From assembly GCA_963693365.1 (NCBI GenBank), contig CAVNZM010000013.1, forward strand, positions 2,009,817 through 2,073,816: a stretch of DNA of 64,000 bases, read 5' to 3'. Positions 38,792 through 64,000 of this stretch are shown here, piece after piece. The stretch's first letter is position 1, and every line of letters starts with the position of its first letter. The notes under the pieces were generated by a model. The model made no database searches. It saw only the letters and a list, made by a program, of their open reading frames with translations, and was not told the origin of the DNA. The DNA is from Amoebidium appalachense (taxonomy: Eukaryota > Protista > Ichthyosporea). A program made the position numbers and the translations under genes.

Positions 38792-40189
38792 CTCCCGAAA
38801 ACCTTCGTCCCTTCACGAAAAACACTTCGTTGGGCCAAAAGGTCGTATCAATAGTGGCTGCTCTGCCCTCATAAAGCGAGCGGGGTTGGATCTGTTGTCA
38901 ATTTGAACTAAGGACAAGCTCGCACAGGCTTGCTACGGTTTATGAATCCATTAAATCTAAACTTCAAAGGTTAACGGGGGGCTTTCAATATGGCATGTTC
39001 ATGAACTGCGTTATTGTCGGCAAAACGAGTCCGACTTGTCGTTCGATGTTTGCTAAGCTACGTCGTTGTTATAATGATTGCCCTTCACCTGTTCCCTTTC
39101 TCAAATACAGTAGGCTTCGTGGAGGCAACCTGTCAGTCCGCTTTTCTCCAGACTTTTATATTAAAAAAAACACTGCCTGAACAATTGCCCGGCCCATGGC
39201 CACGAAGTTTTCTGTGCCACGGCTGGGGCGGCGCCGGACCAGACCGCCCCAGCTCTGCAAAAGCAAAATAAAAAAGGAACATGATTGGTTGGTGAGGAAA
39301 ATCTCCTCACACCCAGTAGCTCAGTAAATAATGGGGGGGCGCATACAATATACAACTGGTGTCTGCTACACTGGCTGGCAATATGACCACTTTACGTTGA
39401 ATTCTGTTGGTCGTCACATTGAGTATTTATATGATTTCTACACAGTGTTCAGGTATCTCAGTATGCACTTGTTACTGGATAACTCGTGAAGTTTTTTTTA
39501 TTGTCTTCTCAGTAAGCCGTGCATACTTGCATATCTTTCCGTCGAATAAATCCAGTCAAAAGAAAAAAAATATACAACAATGTTATTATTTTCTATCTTT
39601 TTTTAATCAACTTGAGGTTGAAAAGTCTGGCGTCATCAATTATCTTTTCGCTTTTTATCAATGAAGTTACTGTAGTAAAGATATTGCTATTCTTATGGGT
39701 TTAATTTTACCGAGTGGCCATAGCATCCATGCAGCCTATATATAGTTATTGAAAATTTGAAATTTGAACGTCAGAACTTAAGTCAGAATTCGAAATGTTA
39801 TTGTATATTGGTGTTGAACCCCCAGCAAATATTTGCAGAAGTCCTAGGGAGACTTATATGGTGCTGCATCAACCAATCAAAATGCTTCACATATGACCCC
39901 CTCCTCCCCCCCCCCCAAACAAGGCCTCCAGGCTTTTTTTAGGGTGATAAGGATGGGTTTACGCTGTTTACTCGAGGCAAAGAGAGACCAGTCTCAGGTC
40001 TGGGGGGTTTTTGCTCGGAATATCCCCTCAGCGGTATATCATGATCACGAACATAGATGTCGGGTGATGACTATATATCAGGGTTTACTTTCTCTACGAG
40101 ACACCATAAAGACTAAGAAAAATCAATTAGTTGGGGTTCCCCGTTTTTTTTTTTTTTTTTTTTTTTTTTGTGGTGGTGGTGGTGGTGGT

Positions 40190-40230
<41 letters not shown>

Positions 40231-40258
40231 CTCCCCTGGGACACTCGGTATCAGCTGG

Positions 40259-40327
<69 letters not shown>

Positions 40328-41059
40328 CACGCGCGCGCGCGGTGTGTGTGTGTGTGTGTGTGTATGTGTGTGTGCGTGCGCTAGAATTTTGTAGTGATGT
40401 GTTTCTCAAGCCAATCAATACATCTAATAAACAGGTCGTAGTTACGCGTGTTTAGTATAAAATCAAGGATGTTGTAATTTACAGGTAAGCTACCTTTCTG
40501 GGTGTCTGTTGTGAATGTGACGTGTGTGTGTTGCGGTATTATGATACAAGACCGTTTAGACTGGTGTGTATGTGTGTTGTTTGGGCATGCAAACGATGCC
40601 ACCTTATACTTATTAGATCTCCACTGTATAGCACGTGTACAGTAAAAGCGTGGTAATAATTGATCAATAATACCATCAGCTAGAGAAAGACCAGTTCTAC
40701 AGGAAGGTAATATTTATTTAGGCCCTGTTATTATACATTTGCGAGTGCCATATTTGGCAATATGGTTAAGGCGGTCATTATATATAAAACGAGACATAAG
40801 GCTTAGTTTTTCAAGGTGTCTGCTTTCATCGGGTCTAGTGTCGTGTGGTATCTTTTTTCATTTGTTACATTGCGTGATTATCTTGTGATTGTGTACCGTT
40901 AATAAGTAAGTGGCAGTCCAAAGTCACACGCACACTTTTGCGGGGCTTATTTGTATTTGTGCCCGGGGGAGAAGGAGAGAGAGAGGGAAGGAAAGAGGGG
41001 AGAGGTGAGGAGGGGACAGGTCGGATAGAGAAGAGAGGGTGGGAGGGCAAAGTATATAC

Positions 41060-43060
41060 TTCTTTAAAGGGCTTGTGTGCTTATTGAATTTCAGCGCGAG
41101 ATGGGATACTCTAGCAGCTATTGGGACCAGACCATATATCGAGAGCGTTACAGGCCCAGGTTTACAACAGTTGTTAGATAAAAAGGAGGCAACTTCTGCT
41201 TCAAGGAAATTTGCCAAGGGTTTAAGCGCTCTAGTTCTCTCTTTCTTGATCCAAGCGGCGAGAAGGGTTAAACCATATTCACATGTCGGGAAGACAAAAG
41301 TGCGAATAAATGTCTAATAGAAGGATGGAGGGGTGTGTCTTGAAAATTATTAGCCGAGAAGAAAGCTAACCGCTTACGAGCCAACTCTACCCTCTTTTCG
41401 ACCATATGGGAAAACATAACACCAACAGAATTAACCGGAACACCAAGATATTTGTATTCTGGAACTATAGGTACAGGTTTTATGATGATAATGTAAATGT
41501 GTGTAAATTGTTAGCTATATCAGGTACAAGAACACCACATTTGTCTATGTTAAGGATCATAAGGTTTGCCTTGCACCACTCTGACACTACATCGAACAAT
41601 CTTTGCAGGCGTCTAGGGGTACGGGCAAGGAGGGACAGATCATCAGCATAGAGAAGTGCAGGCGGAAAGTCATTAATACGGTCATCATTTTCGGCATAAA
41701 TCTTGACAGCCAAATCATCTATAAATAGGTTAAACAAAATGGGGCTAAGCAATGAACCCTGCAAGAGACCTCTAGTACGAGCAAAACCATATGAAAGATG
41801 CCCATTAACCACAGCTCTACCATAGGTTTGAGACAAGAGTGCTTCTAGCAGAACACCAATGCAGTGTGGTACACCCCGTGCAGCAAGCTTTTCCCATAGG
41901 AGACCAGGGGAGACGGAATCGTAAGCAGTTTTCCAATCTATAAAGCCAACATATCGTACACCAACTTGCATAGAATCAGGCAGTGCCATTATTTGAACAT
42001 AACATGAATTGTTCTTACGAAAAGCGGATTGGCATGGGTGTATGCGAAGAATAGATTAAAACCTAGGGTGATGTGCAAATAACCTAAGTAAGCAAGCTTC
42101 AAAGAATCTACGAACAACCTGGGTTAGTGTGATGGGGCGAAAAGATGATATGGGGCCCTCAGAGTCCTTCTGAACTATGGGGATCACTAAGGCCATTTAA
42201 CCAAGATGACGGGACATGTCCACATTTAACACACCAAGAAAAGAGAGAGCTTAACATAATAGTAAGATCAGGTTTAATAGCACGATCACTTTCCTTTTGT
42301 GGGTAGGAGGGAACAAGGATTTTAAGAAACTCAGCAGGAAGTCCATCAGGTCCACAAGACTTACTAGAGCTATAACTAGATATCACAGACCATATGGTAT
42401 CGGGACTGAAAAAGGGGAGGATCGATTCTATGGGGATAGATGGGTCTACAGGCCACACAATAGGTTTCTGAGCGGGGGTCCCGCTTTAAACAGTTCCGAG
42501 AAATACTTATCAGAGTCTATGAGGGGGTCTCCAGTGGTATCACCAATAATACGAGCAGGGGGGCCAAATCGATTCATACTAGCAAGCCGGCGCAAGCTTT
42601 CCTTTTGAGACAGGGGCTCACCTAGTCTAGTGGGAGTGGTGTTTGGTAACACTCGGAGAGCATCGGGATATTCCTTCCTACCACCACCAGCATAATCACC
42701 GAGATCTATCAAATCATCAACAATAAAGTTAGTGCATGTATCTAGTAAGATGTGAATCTGGTCTGGCTTGTGCAGATTCTAATAGGCGCATATATATAGG
42801 GTGTTTCGTTGCATAGCATGCACATACATCAACTCTCCCCCACTGTGACTTGAGCTGGGGTAGACGGAGGCGAAAGGTGGGAGGAGGAGGGGGGAGCAGA
42901 TCAAGGGAGATCCTAGGTAGGAAAAGGATAGGAGAGTGGTCAGATGACCTAGAGAGGTTAGGAGGGAGAGAGAGTTTTGACATGGTTGATGGCCAAAAGG
43001 CCACTCCCCAGTCGGTGTTCTGGGCATGGGATATTTGAGGGAACAGCAAAGTGTGACTTT
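41060..43060 (-). mobile_element. Degenerate, 5'-truncated non-LTR retrotransposon (LINE ORF2: end of APE endonuclease plus reverse transcriptase), pseudogenised
   Basis: Minus-strand motifs in order: RSSDHSPI (APE C-terminal SDH), KSCGPDGLPAEFLK, GHVPSSW, FRPITL, FIDWKTAYDSV, GLLQGSLLSPILFNLFIDDL, LLYADDL, EYKYLG, RTFVFPTCEYG. Interrupted by an in-frame TAA and several frameshifts. Confidence 0.92.
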
Positions 43061-43496
43061 GGACATACCTTGCTTAAGGGATAGCGCGCTCCGGGGGCTT
43101 AGATGGGTACCCGACACTCACTTGCAGTGTGTCTGTGATAAGGAGGCCTTGCCCCCCCCCCCCCCCCCCCCCCCCCCCAACACCACCACACACCCACACA
43201 CCCCATCTCTCTCCCTCTGAATTCACACTCCGGGCCGGGGAGAAAAACCCCCCAGTGAGCATTCACATATCTCAAATAACAGTGCCAGCCGTCTAGGCCA
43301 TGGGTGTGTTCTTTTTATTGAACTCGAAAATATCCCGTGGTCCACGGCAGCAGCAAGTTACATAACGCCAATACAGCAAGATTCCTCGAGATCGATAACC
43401 AAGTTGTGCAACTGTGTATCCACCAACAATCGCACAAAACAGTGGAGGCACACCGAACGACCAGCGCATCGGAATTACAATATGTTTCATCCCCCC

Positions 43497-43527
<31 letters not shown>

Positions 43528-43734
43528 AAAAAAAAAAAACACTAATTCCTCCATATCAACTCACAAACACCGACTCATATGCGCGCGCGCGTACCCCCAA
43601 CATGAACAGGCACGTCGCTGGCACACCCACACGCGTGCACACACACACAGCGGAACCGCATCAGCCAACACACAGTTCAAGTAGAACCACGGTCACGAAG
43701 ATAATATTTTTTAAACCCAAGCGACAAACTCAGC

Positions 43735-43778
<44 letters not shown>

Positions 43779-43817
43779 AAAAAAAAAGGCAGGGAACGAT
43801 CCAGCCCCTATTGATCA

Positions 43818-50016
<6,199 letters not shown>

Positions 50017-50667
50017 CTACCACCCTGCCAAAGCTGCACACCTATCCAATCCTGAGTCACTGATTTTTATGGGAGATTCATTCACCCACGCACACAAATT
50101 ATGTGAAGTTAAAAAAAAGAGAGAAATGAGGTTGTACGACCATGCACGCTATAAAATATGAAAAAAATATTAGCTTTTGCTTTACCAAGTAGCTACTAAC
50201 TCAGGGCCACATAAAACATGAAAAATTCAGTCTCAAAAGTTGCCACCGGCGTACACGTGTATGTTTCACGGTGCTGAGCGAAATCATTTCTCATTTAGTC
50301 TGAGGCATGTAGACCCCAAGCATTCATAAAGGGAGGAGTCGACTAGTGAGTGTGACGTCATCTTGCCATGTAGTTCGGGAAAGAACCAAGCCAATCACTT
50401 CGGAGCATTGGTAACCATTTTCGGTAAACAATAAAATTGGAGGGACCTGGGCAGGGTTCGAAATCTGTTGTTGAAACTTTAGGGTAGGGTCCAAGTTGTT
50501 TGGGATTCTCCAAAAAAACTTTGGGAAAAGCGTTTGGGAAAATCCTGGGCGTGGTGCACAAAAACATATACAGACACGACCCTTCTCCCAACCCCCAAGC
50601 CCCAGTGGCCCACTGTAATATTAGTACCCACTCACGGCTCACGTGCACAGTTAACCCCTCCCCCCCC

Positions 50668-50701
<34 letters not shown>

Positions 50702-51720
50702 CCAGACGGGGCCCGATCCCGGGCCCCGGGCCCGGGCCATGGGCCATGCACTATTAATACCGACAGCCACAGTCCACCTTATCCGTTACATGAGACCTCC
50801 TCCTCCCTATCCCCCCCCCCCCCCCCCCCCCCCTCCCCCATCCCCCCCCCCCCCCCCCCCCCTCCCCATCCATCCTCCTCCCTCCCTCCCTCCCCCGGGG
50901 GCCCTTCCGTCCTTCCCTCCCCCCCCCTCCTCCCCCTCCCCCACCCCCCACCCCCCCCAATTTGTTAACCCCGGAGGATCTTTGGGAATCCAGAAAAAAA
51001 GGTTGGGACGGTCAACGTCGGAAGTTCAAGAGTGTGTGGGCCGACACGCGTGCTCCGTTTTGTGCGCACGTCGTATGTATGGGCATGCATGGCCATATGA
51101 AAAGAGATCCATGCACTTGTGTGTACACATTACCATGCGCACATACGTAGCCATGCCTGCACAAGCACCTTTTATACAAGCAGTTACGGTATGTATGAAC
51201 GTCACATATGATTCCAACTGCAGGGCCGCACAGTGCAGACCTGCTAGACCATGGCCATCCACCCAGGGCTGCCTTGGGGACAGGTGAGGGACTCCAAATA
51301 TATATAATTTCACAGCAACCCCCCCCCCCCCCCCTCCCCCCTCCCCCCTGTCCCCCCTCCCCCCCCTCCCTGCCCCCGCTCCCAACTCCCCCCCCCCCCC
51401 CCCCCCCCCCGCAGCCAGAACCACGTACCACCAGCACCACTACCACCACCACCACCACCACCACTACACACACACCCGCACACACACGTGTATATGCCCA
51501 CACGTGTGCGTAGAAACGGTGCCGTGACGTGTACACAAAATGCTATGTGTAGTCCAACCAAACGTTGTGATTGACAACGAAAATACGGCCGCGAATGAAG
51601 ATTCTAGAAGACCCCCCCACCCTCCCTTCCACACACCCCCACCACCTCTCCCCCTCCACCCCCCCTGGCGTGCGCGCTTGCCACTGGCATGTATTGGACC
51701 TGTTACACGTGCTCAACATA

Positions 51721-51821
51721 TTCTTGCACGCCACGGTATTAGAGCGTGTTGCACGCAAAAAAAAAAAAAAGCTGTTCTTGCACGCCACGGTATTAGAGCG
51801 TGTTGCACGCAAAAAAAAAAA
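51721..51821. repeat. Tandem duplication of a 36-bp unit, each copy followed by poly(A)
   Basis: ttcttgcacgccacggtattagagcgtgttgcacgc(A)n occurs twice. Confidence 0.8.
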
Positions 51822-52370
51822 CTGATACACAGTGCCACATGCACGAACATGTGCAACACGCCGTGCAACTATCTGCACATGTGTGCACCGCTGAGTATAT
51901 GCACACCACACGCTGATACATGCCAATGTGCACAAGTATTCAGATGTAAGCAGATTGTGCGGGCCCGGGATCACCCACACATGCGAAAGCTCCGGCGGCT
52001 CACCTATACGAACACCACAGGCATGCATGCGACATCTCGCAAAATTAACGCACTAAACACGATGCCATTGTGAGCTCACAGGGCTTGTGCACACGCAGAC
52101 GTCTACACAGTCAGGCGTCACATTAATATTCAATTGCACGGTTGCACGTGCAAATGATCCCAGGGGGGGGGGGGTCACCGCAGAGACGGGGGGGTCCAAC
52201 GAGTGATCTGCTTGCCGTTAGCAATTTTATTTCACATAAAAATTTACTACGTACCGGTACCTTGAGAACCACTGTGTGTATCATTTCGAGGTACACCCAT
52301 ATCGAACCCCCCCCCCCCCCCCCCCTCCCCCTCCACCACCACACACACACACACACACACACACGCACGC

Positions 52371-52465
<95 letters not shown>

Positions 52466-53015
52466 AAGGGGGGGGGGGGGGGCTGGTGGGACAGGTGGGG
52501 GGGGGGGGGGGGGCATCGTTTTATATCGCAGTTGTCGCATTTTTTACGGAGCCAACACAATAACAATGTGACGAGCAGCAACCAAATGGGCATACACGTG
52601 CTCTTTCTTTTCAGTAAGTGCACGTCCTACTATGTCAGGCTATCAATCACAATCACACGGACCGAGTCTCTTGAAATCACGAGCCAAAATCAAGTCAAAA
52701 ACATGCAAAATCCTATCAGTTTATTGCCATTTTATTAAGAAAATGCAACATTCGACGAAGGCCACAGGCCTAGTTTAATAAGCTCCTGGCTTAAATTGAA
52801 TTTTTCGTGTCGTTAAAAACATTTCACAGCAAAATCTCACAGTCTTCTCAATCACTTCGCGTGTCAAATACGTGCATTTTTTGCAATTATTGGGCACCAA
52901 CGTCAAACACAACAGGCTGCTGTGTTGGCCATTTGAATACGTCTTTTGTCGGACAATACGCCATAAAAACATGATCTTTTTCTTTCAAAGTTTCTAAAAC
53001 AAGCAATCTATCTAT

Positions 53016-53660
53016 CTATGATGTGATGGAGACTGCCTCGTCCGTATCCGACCTATCCATTATATTCACGTCACTGTCCAGCATGGGCATGTTAAAGCAC
53101 TCATCAAGTTCGCTCTCGTGGTCGCTCTCATTCTCCTCGACAAAGCAGCAGCCGTAGTGGTGGCGCTTGCCCAAGGGACCGCGTGGGCCTGACTGTTTGC
53201 AATGCCTGCACGTGTGGCGTAGTGTTTGTGGTGAACCAGCAAATGCTGGTGTTCCAAAACCCTCGCCATAAGTGAGAGGTGAGTGCGCCAAGTACATTTC
53301 TTCGTTCTTAATGATATCCAGCCGCGTGGGTTTCCTGGTTAGAACGTAACGGGTAGCCTCCTGCTCTGAAACGACGGAAATGTCTTCGAATTCAGAGAGG
53401 TCCATGGGGTCTGACTCGTCATCATCAGAAGAGTAATTACTGTTATCGTAATTGCATAACGTGTTCATGTTTTCAGTGCCTAATGCGGCCTTCATGTTGC
53501 TGTAGTATTGAAATGCATCGTCTGAGTCACTCATGTCTACCTCAAGCATGCCCAATGCATGGGTTCCGTCTACAGTTGGCAAACTACAGAACGATCTAGA
53601 GCTCAAATTGTTTTCTTTCTGACATGAAGAGGAGTAAGAAAAAGACTCGGTCATCAACAT
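53016..53660 (-). CDS. Intronless orphan acidic protein (214 aa) with a C-x2-C-x12-H-x3-C zinc-finger-like motif
   Basis: 645-bp ORF in non-repetitive sequence with ttcaacATG context (same caacATG as the secreted-protein genes), an ATG-free leader, and upstream TATA and CCAAT boxes. Motif CRHC-KQSGPRGPLGKR-H-HYG-CC lies between D/E/S-rich tracts. No family recognised. Confidence 0.7.
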   Translation of the reverse strand: MLMTESFSYSSSCQKENNLSSRSFCSLPTVDGTHALGMLEVDMSDSDDAFQYYSNMKAALGTENMNTLCNYDNSNYSSDDDESDPMDLSEFEDISVVSEQEATRYVLTRKPTRLDIIKNEEMYLAHSPLTYGEGFGTPAFAGSPQTLRHTCRHCKQSGPRGPLGKRHHYGCCFVEENESDHESELDECFNMPMLDSDVNIMDRSDTDEAVSITS

Positions 53661-53857
53661 GTTGAATGTGTGTACTTTGGCTGTACGGCCTCCTAATAAC
53701 TTATACGACAGTTTTTGGTTTTTTTGTCTGCTCTCAGAACACTAGAGGCAAACTGCCAGTGGATGGTGTGCGTGGCTTGTTTGTATGTTTTTTTCCAAGT
53801 TGCTATCGCGTTTTTGGCGTGGGCACAATTTATCAATGGCAACCGTGGAAAAAATTC

Positions 53858-53923
53858 TTTATATAGTCCGGCTCAGGGAAGCTACACAAATCAGCCAATT
53901 AGATTTAACTGGCTTCGACCAAT
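53858..53923 (-). promoter_or_regulatory. Putative promoter of the 53016-53660 gene
   Basis: TATATAAA on the minus strand at 53865-53858; CCAAT motifs at 53895-53899 and 53919-53923. Confidence 0.55.
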
Positions 53924-55028
53924 CAACAATCCTCTGCAGTTTATATTTGGGTATGAGAATTTGATTTCAAACATTGCGATTCGAGGCTGTTTATGCAATG
54001 CAAAAGCAAGATGACTGCTAAATAGAAAGCTACAAAATATTTCTATGGCTTTATGTCAATACAAAGGTTCACGTCTTTCACCTAGTGCGCATCTGCGTTC
54101 AAGCGGTAGCCAGTCTCCAGATACGCCATCCATGATCCAGGGTTAAACAAAATTGCACTGAACCCTGGAGACCTGGGAACTTATGCCTCCTGCGCCAATC
54201 AAACACAGACTTGGCCTATCTTTGATCTAACTGCTGATATATATCCAATAAAACGTTCTGAAAAATCTGGGTCCGAGGAGCGAGACAGACTCTCGAATGG
54301 AGATGCGGATGTATATGTCCACCACGGCAGTACTCTTCTCACGCCATCTCTTAAGTAGTTTTTTTTTTTTTTTTTTGTATGTATATTTAAATTATCAAGC
54401 ACGCATAATCGTTAGTAGGTGAAGAAGGTGCTACATTTAGACTCAGTGAACAGTCACTCCAGCGTGTTCATTGAATCGATCGGCTACCAATAGTCGATCG
54501 GCTGTACTGATCAACCAATCGGAGAATGACCCGTGATTGTCATCATATGCCGAGAGTCTGTGACGTCAACGATATCGATTGTACGGTATGCATGCAGGTA
54601 TTCATTCATGATTCATGTGTGTTTTGCATTTCATGTACGTGTTTATGAACTTTTTTTGTCTAAGAAAATCCTGTTGGTATTCCTTTCATTGTAACTCTCT
54701 GCGGCTCTAGATACAGCGCATGCAAGCTGTTGTGGCCAGAATCATGGGATGTCGAATGTGCCGGCGGGGGCCAGCCCAGGGTTAGAATTGTTCTCAAAGC
54801 TGCCCCAGGGTTATGAACTCAACATGAGCCCGAATAATATTCGTGAACGTAAATACATAAACATTTGTGAAATGGACACAAACTCAGTCAACAGGGACCC
54901 AGGAAGACTGCTTGTGTGTGGAGGCCACGTGCGCATGTGCTACTAGTAGATGTGGAAGTGCAGGGAGTGTGCATGTTGTCGTGCTTGTCCCGCTCTCTCT
55001 CTCTTATCAGGCTCTCTCTCTCTCTCTC

Positions 55029-55079
<51 letters not shown>

Positions 55080-55309
55080 CACACTGATTCTACACACACA
55101 CACACAGTTCAAAAAGCTTAAGCTTGCAATATCTATTACAGACAACTTCATTGACAATGTCAGTGTATGCGTGCGCGTGCATGAGTGTCGAATGTGCGTG
55201 CCTGCGTGTCCTTGCATGCACGTTGTGGGTGTGTACGTGTGCACGTGTGTGTGTGCGTGCGTGTGTGTGGCTACACGCACGTGCACACGCACGTGCAGGT
55301 GCTTTTTTT

Positions 55310-55340
<31 letters not shown>

Positions 55341-55765
55341 AGGGGCTGGCGCGTGTACAGCGCGCCACGGGGCCTGCAATATCACTTGACCAGCTGCAGG
55401 CACCGGGTATGAGCCGTAATGCACAGACCGACATGGTTCAAGTACATATTTGCCATGAGTTACCACCACAAGGGACAGCCACATATGCCAGCATCTAATC
55501 TGTGGGTTAAACACCATTTTTTTTTCTCACTTTGTCATAAGATCTTATTTATTTGCACCGGGAGGTTGCATCTATGCTCTTCGAATTCATTGGTCCATTC
55601 GTGCCGATAAATTTTAAAATGTTCACGCAGTTGGTTGGTTGGTGAAGCTTTTTCACGCCAAACAGATAGGACTAATGTGGTCTTGGTGTGGAATAGTCGG
55701 ATGCGCCTAATAGAAAGAAAAAAATTATATGTACTATAACAGTTTGCTTTCCGTATACACACCAG

Positions 55766-55809
<44 letters not shown>

Positions 55810-56191
55810 TTCTCCACTCTGCCCAAACAACAACCATAATAAAAAGTGAGAGAAAGAGGCCCGGGGAACAAAACGAAAGCGGAGGAGGAATGCTCGCAGA
55901 CTTCAGCCACCCAATTTTTAGAGTACAAGAAATAATAAGCATGCAAGTAGAAGCAGCGGTTTCAGCGTCCCAAAAAAAAGCCTAAGGCGATCAACATCGT
56001 CATACAGACACATCGTGCATACTGGGTAGGTGGATATACAGATATCGTGTGGATAGACGGAAAACAGGTAACATATCCATGATACCCCTGTGGATATGCA
56101 ACAATTATGGAACATAACCACAAAAAAAATCCACAATACCCTGTAGATAGACGGAAATTTCGGAAAATATCCATGACAGCCCGTGGCTGGC

Positions 56192-63030
<6,839 letters not shown>

Positions 63031-63857
63031 CTGGATGATAGACGTCAACACCAAACCTCCACTCCCTACCCCCTCCCCCCCCCCCCCCCCCCTTCAAAAC
63101 ACGCACACACACACACACACACACACCTCCTACCCCATCCACACACCACCCACAAAACCTGGCCAGCCAAAATCGAAGGAAAAAAGAGGTGAAAGAGGGG
63201 AGAGGGAAAAGGGGATTGGTCTGTGTGTGAGCCTTATCCCAGAGGGGAGAGGAATCACACACCAATACATTCCACCCACCAGCCAGCCAACCAACCACCC
63301 ACCCTCTGTTCTCCTCCCCCACCCCCTCCCCCTCCCCACCCGCCCCTTCCCTCCCTTGCTCCTCCCCCCCCCCCCCCCTTTCCGGAGGCTTCCACAGAAA
63401 GCAACACCACAATACCCCCAGAGAGTCACGGCATTACCCTTGCCTTGTGTTAGCCCCCCCCCCCCCCCCCCCCCCCTCCCCCCCCCCCCCTCCTCTGCTC
63501 CTTCCCCCACGCTAACTTCCCCTTCCCCCCCATTCCCCGCACCCCACCCCCCCATCCCATCAACCCCCCCTTCCCCCCCCCCCCCCCCCCCCTTCCCCCC
63601 CCCCCCCCCTCTCCTCCCTCCTCCCCCTCTCCACAACCCAGCCACTGAACTGCAATTATTCCATCCTATCTTCCTCATTTCCAGATGCTGCCCTCCCCCT
63701 CCCCCCTCCCCCCTCACCCCCAGGGCTGCCGCCGCTGGGCCCCAATCCGCATTCTGAAAGCTCAAACAAATAAGGGCAGGCAAGCATTTGTCTTCCCAAA
63801 CATTTTTCTTTCCCATACCCTATGCCCGAACCCAAGAGCTGCCTTTCCATTCACATA

Positions 63858-63892
<35 letters not shown>

Positions 63893-64000
63893 TCCTTCCT
63901 TCCCCGGTGTCCTTCAACTGGCTCTAGGGGGCAGGACGGAGGGAGGGAGGAGGGAGGGAGGGGGGGCGGGGAGAAGGGGGAGGAGGGGGAGGAGGGGAGA

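Noticed and set aside
50451-50467. GGTTCGAAATC, resembling a tRNA T-loop/B box
   Set aside because: No acceptor, D or anticodon stems can be formed around it.
63718-63753. Candidate additional upstream NUFIP1 exon
   Set aside because: It has AG/GT ends and a compatible phase but no sequence similarity to confirm it; left outside the called CDS span.

Overview
Eukaryotic, intron-rich genomic DNA. It is extremely rich in poly-G/poly-C runs and (CA/GT)n and (GA)n microsatellites, so most ORF-track entries are low-complexity artefacts. Gene content (TSPAN13/31-type tetraspanin, fungal-type sphingolipid C9-methyltransferase, a U12-type intron, frequent CTRAC branch sites) suggests an opisthokont, possibly a unicellular holozoan; this is inference only. 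Spliced genes reconstructed by hand: the 3' part of a sphingolipid C9-methyltransferase (+, <1-4754), a TSPAN13/31-like tetraspanin with a minor-spliceosome intron (-, 28906-38791), KRR1 (-, 43818-50001) and a 5'-incomplete NUFIP1/Rsa1 (-, 56192->63030). Intronless genes: a divergent, near-identical pair of small secreted Cys-rich proteins with prohormone-like dibasic cleavage architecture (9715-10215 -, 11072-11578 +), bracketed by two copies of one MITE and followed by a decayed third copy, and an orphan acidic protein with a C2HC zinc-finger-like motif (53016-53660 -). Also present: a degenerate LINE (APE/RT) remnant, several TAGGG-terminated TIR elements, a 3-copy ~140-nt fold-back element, minisatellites, and a gene-free ~14-kb interval rich in short palindromes that may be accumulated transposon excision footprints.
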